Shown: positions 20,869 to 34,739 of the stretch, piece after piece
Layout of the letters: each line of letters starts with the position of its first letter
Numbering within the stretch: position 1 is the stretch's first letter
Assembly: GCF_009914755.1 (NCBI RefSeq)
Contig: NC_060930.1
Reading direction: 5' to 3' (one strand)
Length of the DNA stretch: 64,000 nt
DNA from: the human T2T-CHM13v2.0 reference genome, Homo sapiens
Notes under the pieces: model-generated
Database searches by the model: none
The model's input: only the letters and a program-made list of their open reading frames with translations
Told to the model about the DNA's origin: nothing
Made by a program: the position numbers and the translations under genes

Positions 20869-22509
20869 TAAACTAATTAATTAAATTAGATAAAAAAGCG
20901 AAGACCTGACTCATTCACATTTTCCTCCAGAAATAGAATCTTTCTAACTTCTTGACAGAAAGGGGATATAATAACCTCTTTGACTAAAGGAGACAAAGAC
21001 AGAAAATGTGCAGGCCAGGTATCATTCACAGAAAGAAAGGGGAAGTGGAGGATTTTTACATTTTAAGACCCAACTGGTATTCTGCTATTGCTGGTTTACT
21101 TTGTGGCCCCTTTTTGTTATTTCCCTTGGCATGAAAAGTATCATTTGTTATGTGATTTGTTAAAGGTAACTCTAAATTCTGTTATCTGTACTCCTAACAA
21201 AATAAAGAATTCCATCATCTGGTATGGATCTGTTAACGTTTCTTAAAAGGACCGCAAATCAAAGTGTATTTCCTATCCCCTTTTGGAATTTACTGGCCTC
21301 TGTCTTTGGGCTTAGGGAGCGTAAAAGGCAGCGTGGAGCACATGGCTCTAGCTCCCTCCCTGTGGCCAGCCTTAAACAGATTACTGCTAAGTCATCTGAC
21401 CACTAGGGAGTTCAGTTCAGAGGACGAGCTAAAGTAGAAAAATTATTTGGGAAAGCCATGAAGTAAAATTGCTTGGCCATGGTGCTTATTAAAGATGACA
21501 CTTCACCTGAATGAGGGAATTAGTAGTTAACAAGAACAGGACTAGAAAAGGGGTTTATTGAATTACATTGAATATTTTTAAAATCTCATCACTTCTGCTC
21601 TTAGTAGGAACATGATAAACAGTTCTGACATTTTAGAAGAGGGTGAGTTGTATTAACATTGATGGAACAGTTAAAAGAGAGAAGTTGTAGTACAGCTTAC
21701 ATATGTGCCTATACATATAGAAAATCTCATAGTTCTGCCCTTATCAGATGCTTGCAGAGTATTCTGCAGACTTCCCTCCAGCTGTTTGTTAAATGAGGTT
21801 AGTCTGTTCGCTAGTTGAAGAGACTTGTGGAGGAAATCATGTGGCATGCTTTAACACTCTCAGCAGCCTGTGACTTCTGTTTTGCCTTTGCCATTAGCCT
21901 CTAACCTTCTCCTCTTCTCCTCTTTCTTCATTTACCATTTTGTGTTTGTGGCAAGTATTTTAAATGTACCACTAACTAATGTCTTTGAAATGTGGCATTG
22001 CTTATTAACCCAGATGCCCACGTGTGTCTTAATTCGGAGGGATGGTGCCTTGGAGAACCTGTGCCGCAAAAGTTTAGTCTCTTCCTTGAATGGATATGTT
22101 GGATATTTTATTTTGTTCAAAGTTGAGTCAAAATTTTTGGAATCATCTATATTTCTCCCACAAACAGGTTTTGGCCATCAGTACTTGAAAACAGTTCTAT
22201 GGCTGGCATCCTGGATCAAGGGGCAGTCTGTTTCCAGGGAACCTAAAATATTTAACAGTAAAGATGATGCTAAAACCAAAGAAAAGTAATTTTTCTTATC
22301 TGCATGGCCAGTCACTGGCTACGTGCCTAGTTACTCATGTCATTCACAGAAGTGTACTGTAGCATGCAGCTGTGGGCTCTCGGGTAGGGGGAATGGAGGG
22401 TAGGTTTTTTTGTCTGTTTGGGGGTGGCTTTTTGACCTTTTTAAAAACTTGAGTTGAAAATTATTTTTTGCACTGTATGTTTAACAATGCCCTTGACTAG
22501 GCATCTAAG

Positions 22510-22589
22510 ATATTAACCAGCTTCAGCAGATTATGCGTCTGACAGGAACACCCCCCGCTTATCTCATTAACAGGATGCCAAGCCATGAG
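22510..22589 (+). CDS. MAPK14: MAPK14 mutually exclusive exon 9b (CSBP1 form), 80 nt
   Basis: catctaag|AT ATT AAC CAG...CAT GAG|gtgaga translates (H)INQLQQIMRLTGTPPAYLINRMPSHE; identical length and phase to 9a. Confidence 0.96.
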
Positions 22590-23478
22590 GTGAGAACAAA
22601 GAGACTGTACAGGGATGTCGCACTGAGAAGCCACATTCTCATTTTATTGCCACCGTATAACCAACAGTTCTTAACATCACTGGATGCTTGCATGTGCCTT
22701 GAGGCCTGCCTATGTGCTATTGCAAGATGTTGACTTTTGGGATAAAATGTCATCCAGTCCTGTGAGATTGGGAATATAATTAGTAAGCTTGTAAATGGAA
22801 AATTGTTATTTTTATATTTGGTTGTGTGAATTTAGTGCTTGTGAGGCGGTTTCTTTCTAGGTGCTCTGCCTGTAGCTAGGGTGTGCTACTATCGTGACCT
22901 TTATCAGAAGGGTAGTTAACTGAAGTCCATTAGCATGCTTTCCAATTCATCCATTTTTTTAATGACCAAAAGAGGATTCTTTATTTAAAAACAAAACTGA
23001 AATATCCAATACTAATATGTACTATATTTAAAAGAAAATACACAAATAATATAGAATAAATACAAACACTTTGGTACAGTTAGGTACCTTCTTTATTAAT
23101 TATTAACTACTTAGTCTAACTCTTGTTTTATTATCAGAGATGATTGGGGCACTTCTTTCTTTGTAAGATACCCTTAATATTTTGGGGAACCAGGTTGGCA
23201 TCACAGAGGGCCCTTCCCAGCAGCTTTGTTTCTACTTCAGCTATATTCAGGTCGTCTTTTGATTTATCTTTATTAAAGGGATGACTGTTCTCTGAATGAG
23301 ATAGTTCTCTCTTACCTGTTTTCCCTTCCTCTTTTTATTTACATGTTCAAGTAGAAAGGGATTACAGCCATTTATGTATTCAATTCCTAAAACTTTCTTT
23401 TCAAATCAGAAAGATTCTCAATTGCTTTTCAAAGCAGACCTTTCCTCCTGACTCCACATGCAATAATTAAGAAGCGGA

Positions 23479-24131
23479 AGGCTGGGTGTGGTGGCGTGCA
23501 CCTGCAACCTCAGCACTTTGGAAGGCTGAGATGGGAGGATCAGTTGAGCCCAGGAGTTTGAGACCATCCTGGGCAACACAGCAATACTGCAGCTCTACAA
23601 AAAAATTTAAAAATTAGGGCATGATAGCACATGCCTGTAGTCCCAGCTACTTGGGAAGCTGAGGCAGGAGGGTTGCTTGAGTCAGGAGTTAGAGGCCATA
23701 GTGAGCTGTGATTGTGCCAGTGACCTCCAGCCTAGGCAACAGAGCAGAGACTGTGTCTCTAAAAAAATTTTTTTAATAAATAAAGAAGGTGAACTTGCCC
23801 AAGCAACCAGATTTTTTTTTTTTTAAGACAGGATCTTAACTCTGTCACCCCAGCTGGAGTGCAGTGGCACGATCTTAGCTCACTGGAACCTCCACCTCCT
23901 GGGCTCAAGCTTCCTGGGCTCCATCTCCCTGCTCAAGCGATCCTGTTACCTCAGTCTCCCAAGTAGCTGGGACCACAGGCATGCGTCACCACACCTGGCT
24001 AATTTTTTGTATTTTTGGAGACAAGTTTTCACCGTGTTACCCAGGCTGGTCTCAAAGTCCTGGGCTCAAGCGATCTGCCCACCTTGGCCTCCCAAAGTGC
24101 TGGGATTACAGGCGTGAGTCACCGTGCCTGG
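23479..24131. mobile_element. Inverted AluJ pair (+ 23479-23768; - 23812-24131)
   Basis: Sense Alu, ~40-nt spacer, antisense Alu. Confidence 0.9.
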
Positions 24132-24874
24132 GCAACCAGAACTTTTTATAAACTTGTGTGTGTATGTGTAAACATAAATATACATACATACTTTTACTGT
24201 TGGACTGTATTAAAACAGGAGTTTTAAAGAGGTGGTTAAGATAGACAGCAGACTTTGCTTCTGAAGGTGATAGTGGGATAGCAGATAATGTTTCTTGAAC
24301 TGTCACTTGGAACCAAGTACTGTGTTAAGAAAGTACTAGGTTTGTTATCTCTAATCTTCACTCCAACCCTGTGAGGTAGGACTGTTATATTAAGTTTATA
24401 TTAACTTTTTTGTTACCACCGTTACTTTGTTAGCAAGGTTTAATATTGATATCCTTTGATGTACTAAGAGCACCTACTGAAGTCAGCACTGTCAAAAGAC
24501 TGCTGGTCCAAGACTTTCTTTGGGAATACCAACCCCTCTACCAATTTAGCTGTTTGAGAAGGCTGTCTCAGGGCTACTTCTTACATATCTTGGCCTCAGT
24601 TTTTAAACTTCTCATCCTGTGATCAGAAAGCTAATGAAAGAGAATTTGATTGATGAGCATTCTCGTTCACTTGAAATGCAACTGTGAGAGATAGCAGGAA
24701 TAAAGAAGGTGATGATCATAACTAGGGAAGTTAGGATGGCAGTAAGGGAGAAGTTCTATCAAAGACAGTTAGAAACACTGAAGTTAGTGGACTTTGTCAG
24801 TTAACACTCGTTCCTTAGCAGGACCAAGATTCTTTCTTTGAGAGCAGTAACATTATTGAACAAAGTCATTCTGA

Positions 24875-25024
<150 letters not shown>

Positions 25025-25636
25025 ATTGGGGATTTGAAGAAGAGTTTCTCCTTTTGACCAAATAAAGTACCATTAGTTGAATCTTGGAAGGTGATAAATA
25101 CGGCTTTTATTATCTATTTGTGTTGTCAGATTTTTTTTTAATCACATGAGATGATTGTATGTTTAAATGATCACAGAACTTGGGATTGGGGGAATGGGCA
25201 GGTACAGTGGAGAAATGAGAGAAAGTAATGGGAATGTTGAGAGAAAAGATTGGTGAGGCAGGAAGAAGCAGATACAGAAGAAAGCTGTAACTTGCTCACA
25301 ACTGCTGTGGATTTATGGTGTCTCTGAGTGGAGGACAGAAACCACTGAAGTGCAGGTGGGTGTTTAGAGGAGCCACCCAGGAGCTCCCTGCAGGGTGCTC
25401 TGCTCTAACGGTAGCTGCCGTTGCTACAGATCCTGTCGTCTTCCACACTCATGAACTTTTCCCCTCTCCTCTTCTTTCTCTGCCCTCAGAGGCATAACCA
25501 TCCTCTCCTGTTTGTGGAGCTTATTTGCTACCTAAACTTAAAGGAATGGCTTCCTATGCCTTCAAGATCCTTGGCAGAGGGAAGTGATGGTGGCAGCTGA
25601 AGATATGTGTTGCCTTGGCTAAAAAAGGAGTTGCTT

Positions 25637-25961
<325 letters not shown>

Positions 25962-26711
25962 GGACTATATTCTTTGAAGGGGAGGAGTGATGTGTGCTTC
26001 AGATGGCCCCTGAAAGCTGCTTTGCCTGAGGCTCATTCCCTGACTCTTGAAGAGGACAGTGGACAGTGCTGTTTAATGGTGGACACAGAAGGATCAGACC
26101 AGGACCTCCCTACAATAGGGAAGGGAGCTATGCTATGGTAACGAGTATAATCTGCCTTCTCACTTTTCTTAAGATTGTATTGTGTGGTGTGTTTTAAAAT
26201 CTCACTGCATTTCTTTGCATCTGTTTGGGTCATCTGTCTTCTTAAGGGTCTTGGCAGCTATGCTTCAGGTTTAGTTTTATCTTTTTGAGGGCTGACAGCC
26301 ATGCTGACCTCTTTAGAAGCTGGGGTGAAGGCTAGGTGATTTTACCTTTTTAAGTACTTCATCCATAGTGATTATGGAGAGGAATTTTAGTGTCGCTGTG
26401 ATAATTCTTATAATAGCAGAGATACTCACGCTCTTTGAAGTTTTGGGCAGTTGTGGATGAGTTCGTGTCAGCCTTGGAGACAGAGAGTATGTCATATCTC
26501 AGCTGGGTCGCTCTCCTGCCCTAGGATGAATCCACAGTCTCATCAGGGGTGGGTACGATTCTACTGAGACTGGCTTAGGTTTGCATCTGCCCTGGCATGC
26601 TCTCATTGGCTTTGTGTGATTTATTTGAGCTGTATTATCTAGTTCAAGGGTCTGTGAGAAGCTCTCTTTGAGCCTTAAGTACTACAGGATGTTGGGAAAA
26701 GATGTTGTGTT

Positions 26712-27012
26712 CTTTCTTTCCTTTTTTTTTTGAGACAGAGTCTCGCTCTGTCGTCCAGGTTGGAGTGCAGTGGTGCGATCTCGGCTCATTGCAAGCTCCA
26801 CCTCCCGGCTTTAAGTGATTCTTCTGCCTCAGCCTCCTGAGTAGCTGGGAATACAAGTGTGTGCCACCACACCTGGCTAATTTTTTGTATCTTTAGTAAA
26901 GACGGGGTTTCACCGTGTTAGCCAGGATGGTCTCGATCTCCTGACCTCGTGACCTGCCCGCCTCGGCCTCCCAAAGTGCTGGGATTACAGGCATGAGCCA
27001 CTGCACCCAGCC
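26712..27012 (-). mobile_element. AluS
   Basis: Antisense Alu dimer. Confidence 0.92.
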
Positions 27013-28149
27013 CGTCGTGTTCTTTCTTGTCGTCATTCTGTTCTGAAGTTGTTTCATTTTATAAGCCTTAAGTTTTGAACAGGGCAGTACTCACTGACAC
27101 CCTCTTAACAGACTCAGAAAGATGTGTTAATTCATTTTTTAGGGGGAGAGGGGAGATATTTGTGTTCCAGCAGCTTATTTAGGTCACATACCTCCTGATA
27201 GGTCTTCCCATTCTTTGAAATCATGACATTGAAACCTCCAAAAGAACTAGATACCACTTTGCTAATGAGTTGAAAGGAGGCTTTGGTCCATCTGGTGCTC
27301 AGCACTGTACTTCTCAGCATTTAAACGTGCCTTACAGCCCATTGCCAAACAGTGATGTCATATAATGAGGCTCCCCTTGCTGGGCAGATGGAGCACAGTG
27401 TTACTATCACAAGCTCGTGCCCAGCATATTAACTGAGCAGGAACATGCCAGAAATATAAATATTAACAGCTCTGTTTTGTCAGCCACTGACTTTGTTTCA
27501 CTGCTATTCCCAAAACATGAATTAAAACTTAAATTACCCCTTGATGTTAGTGTATGTATTTATCTGTCAAGATTTTTTTTTTTTAAGAGATGGCATCTCA
27601 CTCTGTCACCCAGGTTAGAGTACAGTGGCACAGTCACGGTTCATGATAACCTCGAACTCTTGTGTTTAAGTGATCCTTCCTCTTCCCTATCCCAAGTAGC
27701 TGAGACAACAGGCACATAATGCCATGCCCAGCTAATAAGATCTTTGAGGAAATTTGTTCTTGCCCCTGACCTTATTGGTTATAAGAACATGGTCCTTTTT
27801 ACCCTAAGGGTAACAGAGACTTGTCGTATAATCTGTGTTCAATTATAAAATCAACAGCTGATAAGGTTTCTTTTTCTAAGAAGAGAAGACCATCAGAAGA
27901 ATATATATATATATAATCCAGGCATTCACCTAGTACTGTAAAGTGTAAACTTATGAACTTGAATTGACACATGAATATTTACTTTGTTTCTGTATCCCCT
28001 TGAAGCCCATATTTCTCCAGTGGATTACTCTGGAATTCAAGCTGTAGGACGGGTGTTTTACAGCCTCCAATATACACAGCAGTAGATCTCTATAGGAAGC
28101 TGTCCTCTTCACTACTCACCCCCACACCCTCCACATTTAAGGAGTAATT

Positions 28150-29090
28150 TGCAAAGTCTCAAAAGCCTTTTTCACCACAGTGATAACTGGTTATATGGCA
28201 GTATTTATTCTCCCAAGTGCCACCATGCTGAAACACAAAAATACTCATTTGAAATATAGAGTTAGACAAATTACCATTTTGTAACCCCTTATGAAATAAT
28301 TGCTTTTGGGAAGGAAACCCAGTGAATGCAGAAAGCCATAAGTGAAAAGAATGGATATTTACTTGGTACCAAAATATCCCGCAGATTACTTGCTTTGGTC
28401 AAAGGGGAAACATCTTAACCCAGTGATCAATTTTAGCTCATTAGTAGTGGGACAGATGGCCTTAATGCACTGTCACGTGCACAGCATCACCTGTATTTTT
28501 GCTGAAAATGTTTAACCTGATTCTTACCAAAATTTTTGACCTAACTTCCGGTTTTTGGGAAGTACAGGGGATAGTGGAAAGCAGGGTATAGACACATGAC
28601 AGCAAAAGAAGCAAAATCAGACACATCCCGAGAAACGGTCATTCTCAGGACAATCAGAGGGTCTCTTTAGATCAAAATCAGGAAAGAACAGGGCTTAGAC
28701 TAAGAGAGACTAAAGAAAACCAGTCAGTTGCAGTGCATGGCCCCTAATTGAATCCTGGTTTCAACAAACTAGTTCTAAAAGACAACGTTGGAATAATTGG
28801 AGAAATCTTAACATGAACTGGATTTTAGATGATATTTAGAAATTATTTGTCAGAGATAATAACAGTATTATGATTATATAGGAAGATGTCTTCGTGTTGA
28901 AATATTTGGGGAGGGTAAAGTGTCATGTCTATAATTTTATTTTAAAACAGTTCAGAAAAAAATACATATAAATACAGAAATATAAAAATGTTAATTGTTG
29001 AATATGCTAGGCATATGAGTGTTCACTTTATCATAGTTTTTACTTTTCTGTTTCTGTATATTTGAAATTTTTCATAGTGAAATTTTTAAA
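28150..29090 (+). mobile_element. Ancient L1ME-like 3' fragment
   Basis: Degenerate L1ME 3'UTR motifs (GAGTGTTCACTTTATCATAGTTTTTACTTTTCTG...TTTGAAATTTTTCATA). Confidence 0.55.
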
Positions 29091-29400
29091 AATAAAATTC
29101 CCTTTGATTTTAATACCATGTCTCACCCTCATCACCATGTAAAACCCCCAGTTTATTCACTGTTTGAAGATCTGTTGATGAATATTTGATGTTAGTAAAT
29201 AAACAGCTTAGGGGGACAAAAAAAAAACAGCCCTGCCTACCTATTGTAGGTTACTTCAGCTGTAGGCTTTGTTTTATACAGTTTGACTACACTGGTAGCA
29301 GTTTGACATTGACGGTCCACAAAAGCCTGTTCAAACAGAATCCCAGTCATTTAAAAAAATTCTTCTTTAGTAACATATTCTTTAAAAATACAAAATACAG

Positions 29401-29558
29401 GAGGAGGGTGAGGGTTGAGAGATAACCTATCGGGTACAATGTTCACTATTTGGTTAATGGGCACGCTAGAAGCCCAGTCCCCATCAGTCCGTGGTGAGAC
29501 CCATGTAACAAATGTGCACATGTACCCCCAAATCAAAAATAAAATAAAAAAATTTTAA
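29401..29558 (+). mobile_element. Short L1PB/L1MA 3' end
   Basis: GGGTACAATGTTCACTATTTGG...CATGTAACAAATGTGCACATGTACCCC plus A-rich tail; AAAATACAG on both flanks. Confidence 0.75.
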
Positions 29559-29576
29559 AACATAGAAAATACAGAT

Positions 29577-29606
29577 ACACACACACACACACACACATAC
29601 ACACAT
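29577..29606 (+). repeat. (CA)n microsatellite
   Basis: Seen directly; one interruption. Confidence 0.9.
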
Positions 29607-29725
29607 AAAGGAGAAGAGGGCTAATATATCCTAGAGTAGGTATTTTGGAGGAGAGTTCTTTGTTTGGATATGAAGGGTCAAAACTATGTTTGCTCAATAA
29701 GGCATACTTTTTTGTAACATGTTAA

Positions 29726-29941
<216 letters not shown>

Positions 29942-30684
29942 TAAGGGTAGGATTAACATCTTGAACCACTAACCAAAAGCGGTGGGAAAAATAAAAACTG
30001 AATGGTCATAACCAACTTGCTAAAGCTTGTAGATGAGGTCTCTAATGCAGAATGAATATGTTCTCTGGTGGAAACTGTTGTAGACAGTGATACTCTCTGG
30101 ACCTTTGAGATACTTATGTCTGGTCTGATTTTATGCACAGCCCCTCACATAGGAGTTTTGCATGGAGAGTTGAGGTTTTCAGAGTCATTGCATTTACAAC
30201 ATCTCTCTGAGCTTTTACAGTTTTACAATTAGTAGAACTGGGGCAAAGAGAATTTATGTCTTATCAGTTAACTTAGAACTAGTTAGGGACATAGCCAGGA
30301 ATGGAACCCATGTATCCTGTGTCCAGTCCCATATTCTTTCCACAAAACACAAGTTCAGAACTCTAGTTAAATCCCAAGAGCCAAGACCATCTGTTGCTGT
30401 AGCTTGTGAGAGTGCTCTTTCATTCTTGAGCACCTCCATAGAGAGCTTAAAAGAAGAGGCACTCAGCGATGAAAAACATGAGAAAAAAAATGGTTCTTTT
30501 CTATGTCCCTTGAACTTCTGTGTGATAACGTGTTCCAGTAGGCTATTACATACAAGCTGTGAGGTAGCCCATCAAACCACTACCTGGACAGAGAGGAAGG
30601 ATCTTGAGCTTAGAAGTCAGAGTGCTTGCCAGCAAAGAGAATAGCCTAAACTCTCACATCTTACTTTTCCTTCCCAATTTCTAG

Positions 30685-30752
30685 GCCTGACCTATGATGA
30701 AGTCATCAGCTTTGTGCCACCACCCCTTGACCAAGAAGAGATGGAGTCCTGA
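30685..30752 (+). CDS. MAPK14: MAPK14 exon 12 coding part (C-terminus)
   Basis: tttctag|GC CTG ACC TAT...GAG TCC TGA = (S)[21 protein letters not shown]. Confidence 0.97.
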
Positions 30753-33545
30753 GCACCTGGTTTCTGTTCTGTTGATCCCACTTCACTGTGAGGGGAAGGC
30801 CTTTTCACGGGAACTCTCCAAATATTATTCAAGTGCCTCTTGTTGCAGAGATTTCCTCCATGGTGGAAGGGGGTGTGCGTGCGTGTGCGTGCGTGTTAGT
30901 GTGTGTGCATGTGTGTGTCTGTCTTTGTGGGAGGGTAAGACAATATGAACAAACTATGATCACAGTGACTTTACAGGAGGTTGTGGATGCTCCAGGGCAG
31001 CCTCCACCTTGCTCTTCTTTCTGAGAGTTGGCTCAGGCAGACAAGAGCTGCTGTCCTTTTAGGAATATGTTCAATGCAAAGTAAAAAAATATGAATTGTC
31101 CCCAATCCCGGTCATGCTTTTGCCACTTTGGCTTCTCCTGTGACCCCACCTTGACGGTGGGGCGTAGACTTGACAACATCCCACAGTGGCACGGAGAGAA
31201 GGCCCATACCTTCTGGTTGCTTCAGACCTGACACCGTCCCTCAGTGATACGTACAGCCAAAAAGGACCAACTGGCTTCTGTGCACTAGCCTGTGATTAAC
31301 TTGCTTAGTATGGTTCTCAGATCTTGACAGTATATTTGAAACTGTAAATATGTTTGTGCCTTAAAAGGAGAGAAGAAAGTGTAGATAGTTAAAAGACTGC
31401 AGCTGCTGAAGTTCTGAGCCGGGCAAGTCGAGAGGGCTGTTGGACAGCTGCTTGTGGGCCCGGAGTAATCAGGCAGCCTTCATAGGCGGTCATGTGTGCA
31501 TGTGAGCACATGCGTATATGTGCGTCTCTCTTTCTCCCTCACCCCCAGGTGTTGCCATTTCTCTGCTTACCCTTCACCTTTGGTGCAGAGGTTTCTTGAA
31601 TATCTGCCCCAGTAGTCAGAAGCAGGTTCTTGATGTCATGTACTTCCTGTGTACTCTTTATTTCTAGCAGAGTGAGGATGTGTTTTGCACGTCTTGCTAT
31701 TTGAGCATGCACAGCTGCTTGTCCTGCTCTCTTCAGGAGGCCCTGGTGTCAGGCAGGTTTGCCAGTGAAGACTTCTTGGGTAGTTTAGATCCCATGTCAC
31801 CTCAGCTGATATTATGGCAAGTGATATCACCTCTCTTCAGCCCCTAGTGCTATTCTGTGTTGAACACAATTGATACTTCAGGTGCTTTTGATGTGAAAAT
31901 CATGAAAAGAGGAACAGGTGGATGTATAGCATTTTTATTCATGCCATCTGTTTTCAACCAACTATTTTTGAGGAATTATCATGGGAAAAGACCAGGGCTT
32001 TTCCCAGGAATATCCCAAACTTCGGAAACAAGTTATTCTCTTCACTCCCAATAACTAATGCTAAGAAATGCTGAAAATCAAAGTAAAAAATTAAAGCCCA
32101 TAAGGCCAGAAACTCCTTTTGCTGTCTTTCTCTAAATATGATTACTTTAAAATAAAAAAGTAACAAGGTGTCTTTTCCACTCCTATGGAAAAGGGTCTTC
32201 TTGGCAGCTTAACATTGACTTCTTGGTTTGGGGAGAAATAAATTTTGTTTCAGAATTTTGTATATTGTAGGAATCCTTTGAGAATGTGATTCCTTTTGAT
32301 GGGGAGAAAGGGCAAATTATTTTAATATTTTGTATTTTCAACTTTATAAAGATAAAATATCCTCAGGGGTGGAGAAGTGTCGTTTTCATAACTTGCTGAA
32401 TTTCAGGCATTTTGTTCTACATGAGGACTCATATATTTAAGCCTTTTGTGTAATAAGAAAGTATAAAGTCACTTCCAGTGTTGGCTGTGTGACAGAATCT
32501 TGTATTTGGGCCAAGGTGTTTCCATTTCTCAATCAGTGCAGTGATACATGTACTCCAGAGGGACAGGGTGGACCCCCTGAGTCAACTGGAGCAAGAAGGA
32601 AGGAGGCAGACTGATGGCGATTCCCTCTCACCCGGGACTCTCCCCCTTTCAAGGAAAGTGAACCTTTAAAGTAAAGGCCTCATCTCCTTTATTGCAGTTC
32701 AAATCCTCACCATCCACAGCAAGATGAATTTTATCAGCCATGTTTGGTTGTAAATGCTCGTGTGATTTCCTACAGAAATACTGCTCTGAATATTTTGTAA
32801 TAAAGGTCTTTGCACATGTGACCACATACGTGTTAGGAGGCTGCATGCTCTGGAAGCCTGGACTCTAAGCTGGAGCTCTTGGAAGAGCTCTTCGGTTTCT
32901 GAGCATAATGCTCCCATCTCCTGATTTCTCTGAACAGAAAACAAAAGAGAGAATGAGGGAAATTGCTATTTTATTTGTATTCATGAACTTGGCTGTAATC
33001 AGTTATGCCGTATAGGATGTCAGACAATACCACTGGTTAAAATAAAGCCTATTTTTCAAATTTAGTGAGTTTCTCAAGTTTATTATATTTTTCTCTTGTT
33101 TTTATTTAATGCACAATATGGCATTATATCAATATCCTTTAAACTGTGACCTGGCATACTTGTCTGACAGATCTTAATACTACTCCTAACATTTAGAAAA
33201 TGTTGATAAAGCTTCTTAGTTGTACATTTTTTGGTGAAGAGTATCCAGGTCTTTGCTGTGGATGGGTAAAGCAAAGAGCAAATGAACGAAGTATTAAGCA
33301 TTGGGGCCTGTCTTATCTACACTCGAGTGTAAGAGTGGCCGAAATGACAGGGCTCAGCAGACTGTGGCCTGAGGGCCAAATCTGGCCCACCACCTGTTTG
33401 GTGTAGCCTGCTAAGAATGGCTTTTACATTTTTAAATGGTTGGGAAAGAAAAAAAAAAGAAGTAGTAGATTTTGTAGCATGTGATGTAAGTAATGTAAAA
33501 CTTAAATTCCAGTATCCATAAATAAAGTTTTATGAGAACAGAGCC
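30753..33545 (+). other. MAPK14: MAPK14 3'UTR (end approximate), with several candidate poly(A) signals
   Basis: Repeat-poor sequence after the stop; AATAAA at 32151, 32237, 32799, 33041 and 33521. Confidence 0.75.
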
Positions 33546-33684
33546 GCACTCATCTGTTTATGTATTGTCTGTGGCTGCTTTTGTGCTACAGTGACAGAGG
33601 CAAATAGTTGCAGCAGAGACTATAGGACCTCCAAAATGTCAACCATTTACCATCTGGCCCTTTAGAGAAGTCTGCTGACCCTTG
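33348..33684 (+). mobile_element. MER58B-like hAT element overlapping the end of the MAPK14 3'UTR
   Basis: CAGGGCTCAGCAGACTGTGGCCTGAGGGCCAAATCTGGCCC...TTTACCATCTGGCCCTTTAGAGAAGTCTGCTGACCCTTG; imperfect terminal inverted repeats. Confidence 0.8.
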
Positions 33685-34230
33685 GCCCAGGGCTACAGTT
33701 TTCTCATCTATAAAGTGAAGTTCAGGTTTTTTTCATCTTTGACATTTGAGACTATCTATAAGCCATATATTTTTATTATAAAACTGCCAGAGAGAAGGTT
33801 TGGTTTGTATATATAGGTGTACATTGTTTGTAAGCTTTTAGGCGAATGTATTTTATGACTCTGTTTTGTCTTAGCTGGCTACGGTCCTTGAAAATATTCT
33901 TCAGAATGACTGAATTGCATCACGGGATGAAAGAGCCACGGGGTCTCACAGCTGAGTTCTCAGGGACTTTGCTGATGTGCTTCCTTTCTTGGTGTCCTTG
34001 GAATGACACCCAGCAGGTGTCCCAGGGTGGATTGTGGGGCTCAGCCTGTGAGGATATTGAGAGCTGGGTTTTTGTCCAGGCCCTGGCTGGCAGCTGGGAA
34101 TGAAGGCAGTGATCGAAGGCAGACCAAGCATAGTCTCCTTTCCATCCCCAGTGACTTCGTAAGGAGGTGAGAGAAAAGGGCCCCGGTTGTTACATGGGGT
34201 CCTTTAGCTCCTGTTAAGAATCAGACAGTT

Positions 34231-34739
<509 letters not shown>

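Noticed and set aside
22015-22094. Possible third 80-nt mutually exclusive exon after ccag|AT
   Set aside because: No donor at +80, no U12 branch point, and no similarity to the 9a/9b peptides
24449-24457. Perfect U12 AT-AC donor ATATCCTTT in MAPK14 intron 9 (also at 33132-33140)
   Set aside because: AT-rich 9-mer expected roughly once by chance in 64 kb; no upstream exon, tandem partner or matching branch point
32873-32893. Short hairpin/palindrome GAGCTCTT-GG-AAGAGCTC in the 3'UTR
   Set aside because: Too short to distinguish from chance without conservation data
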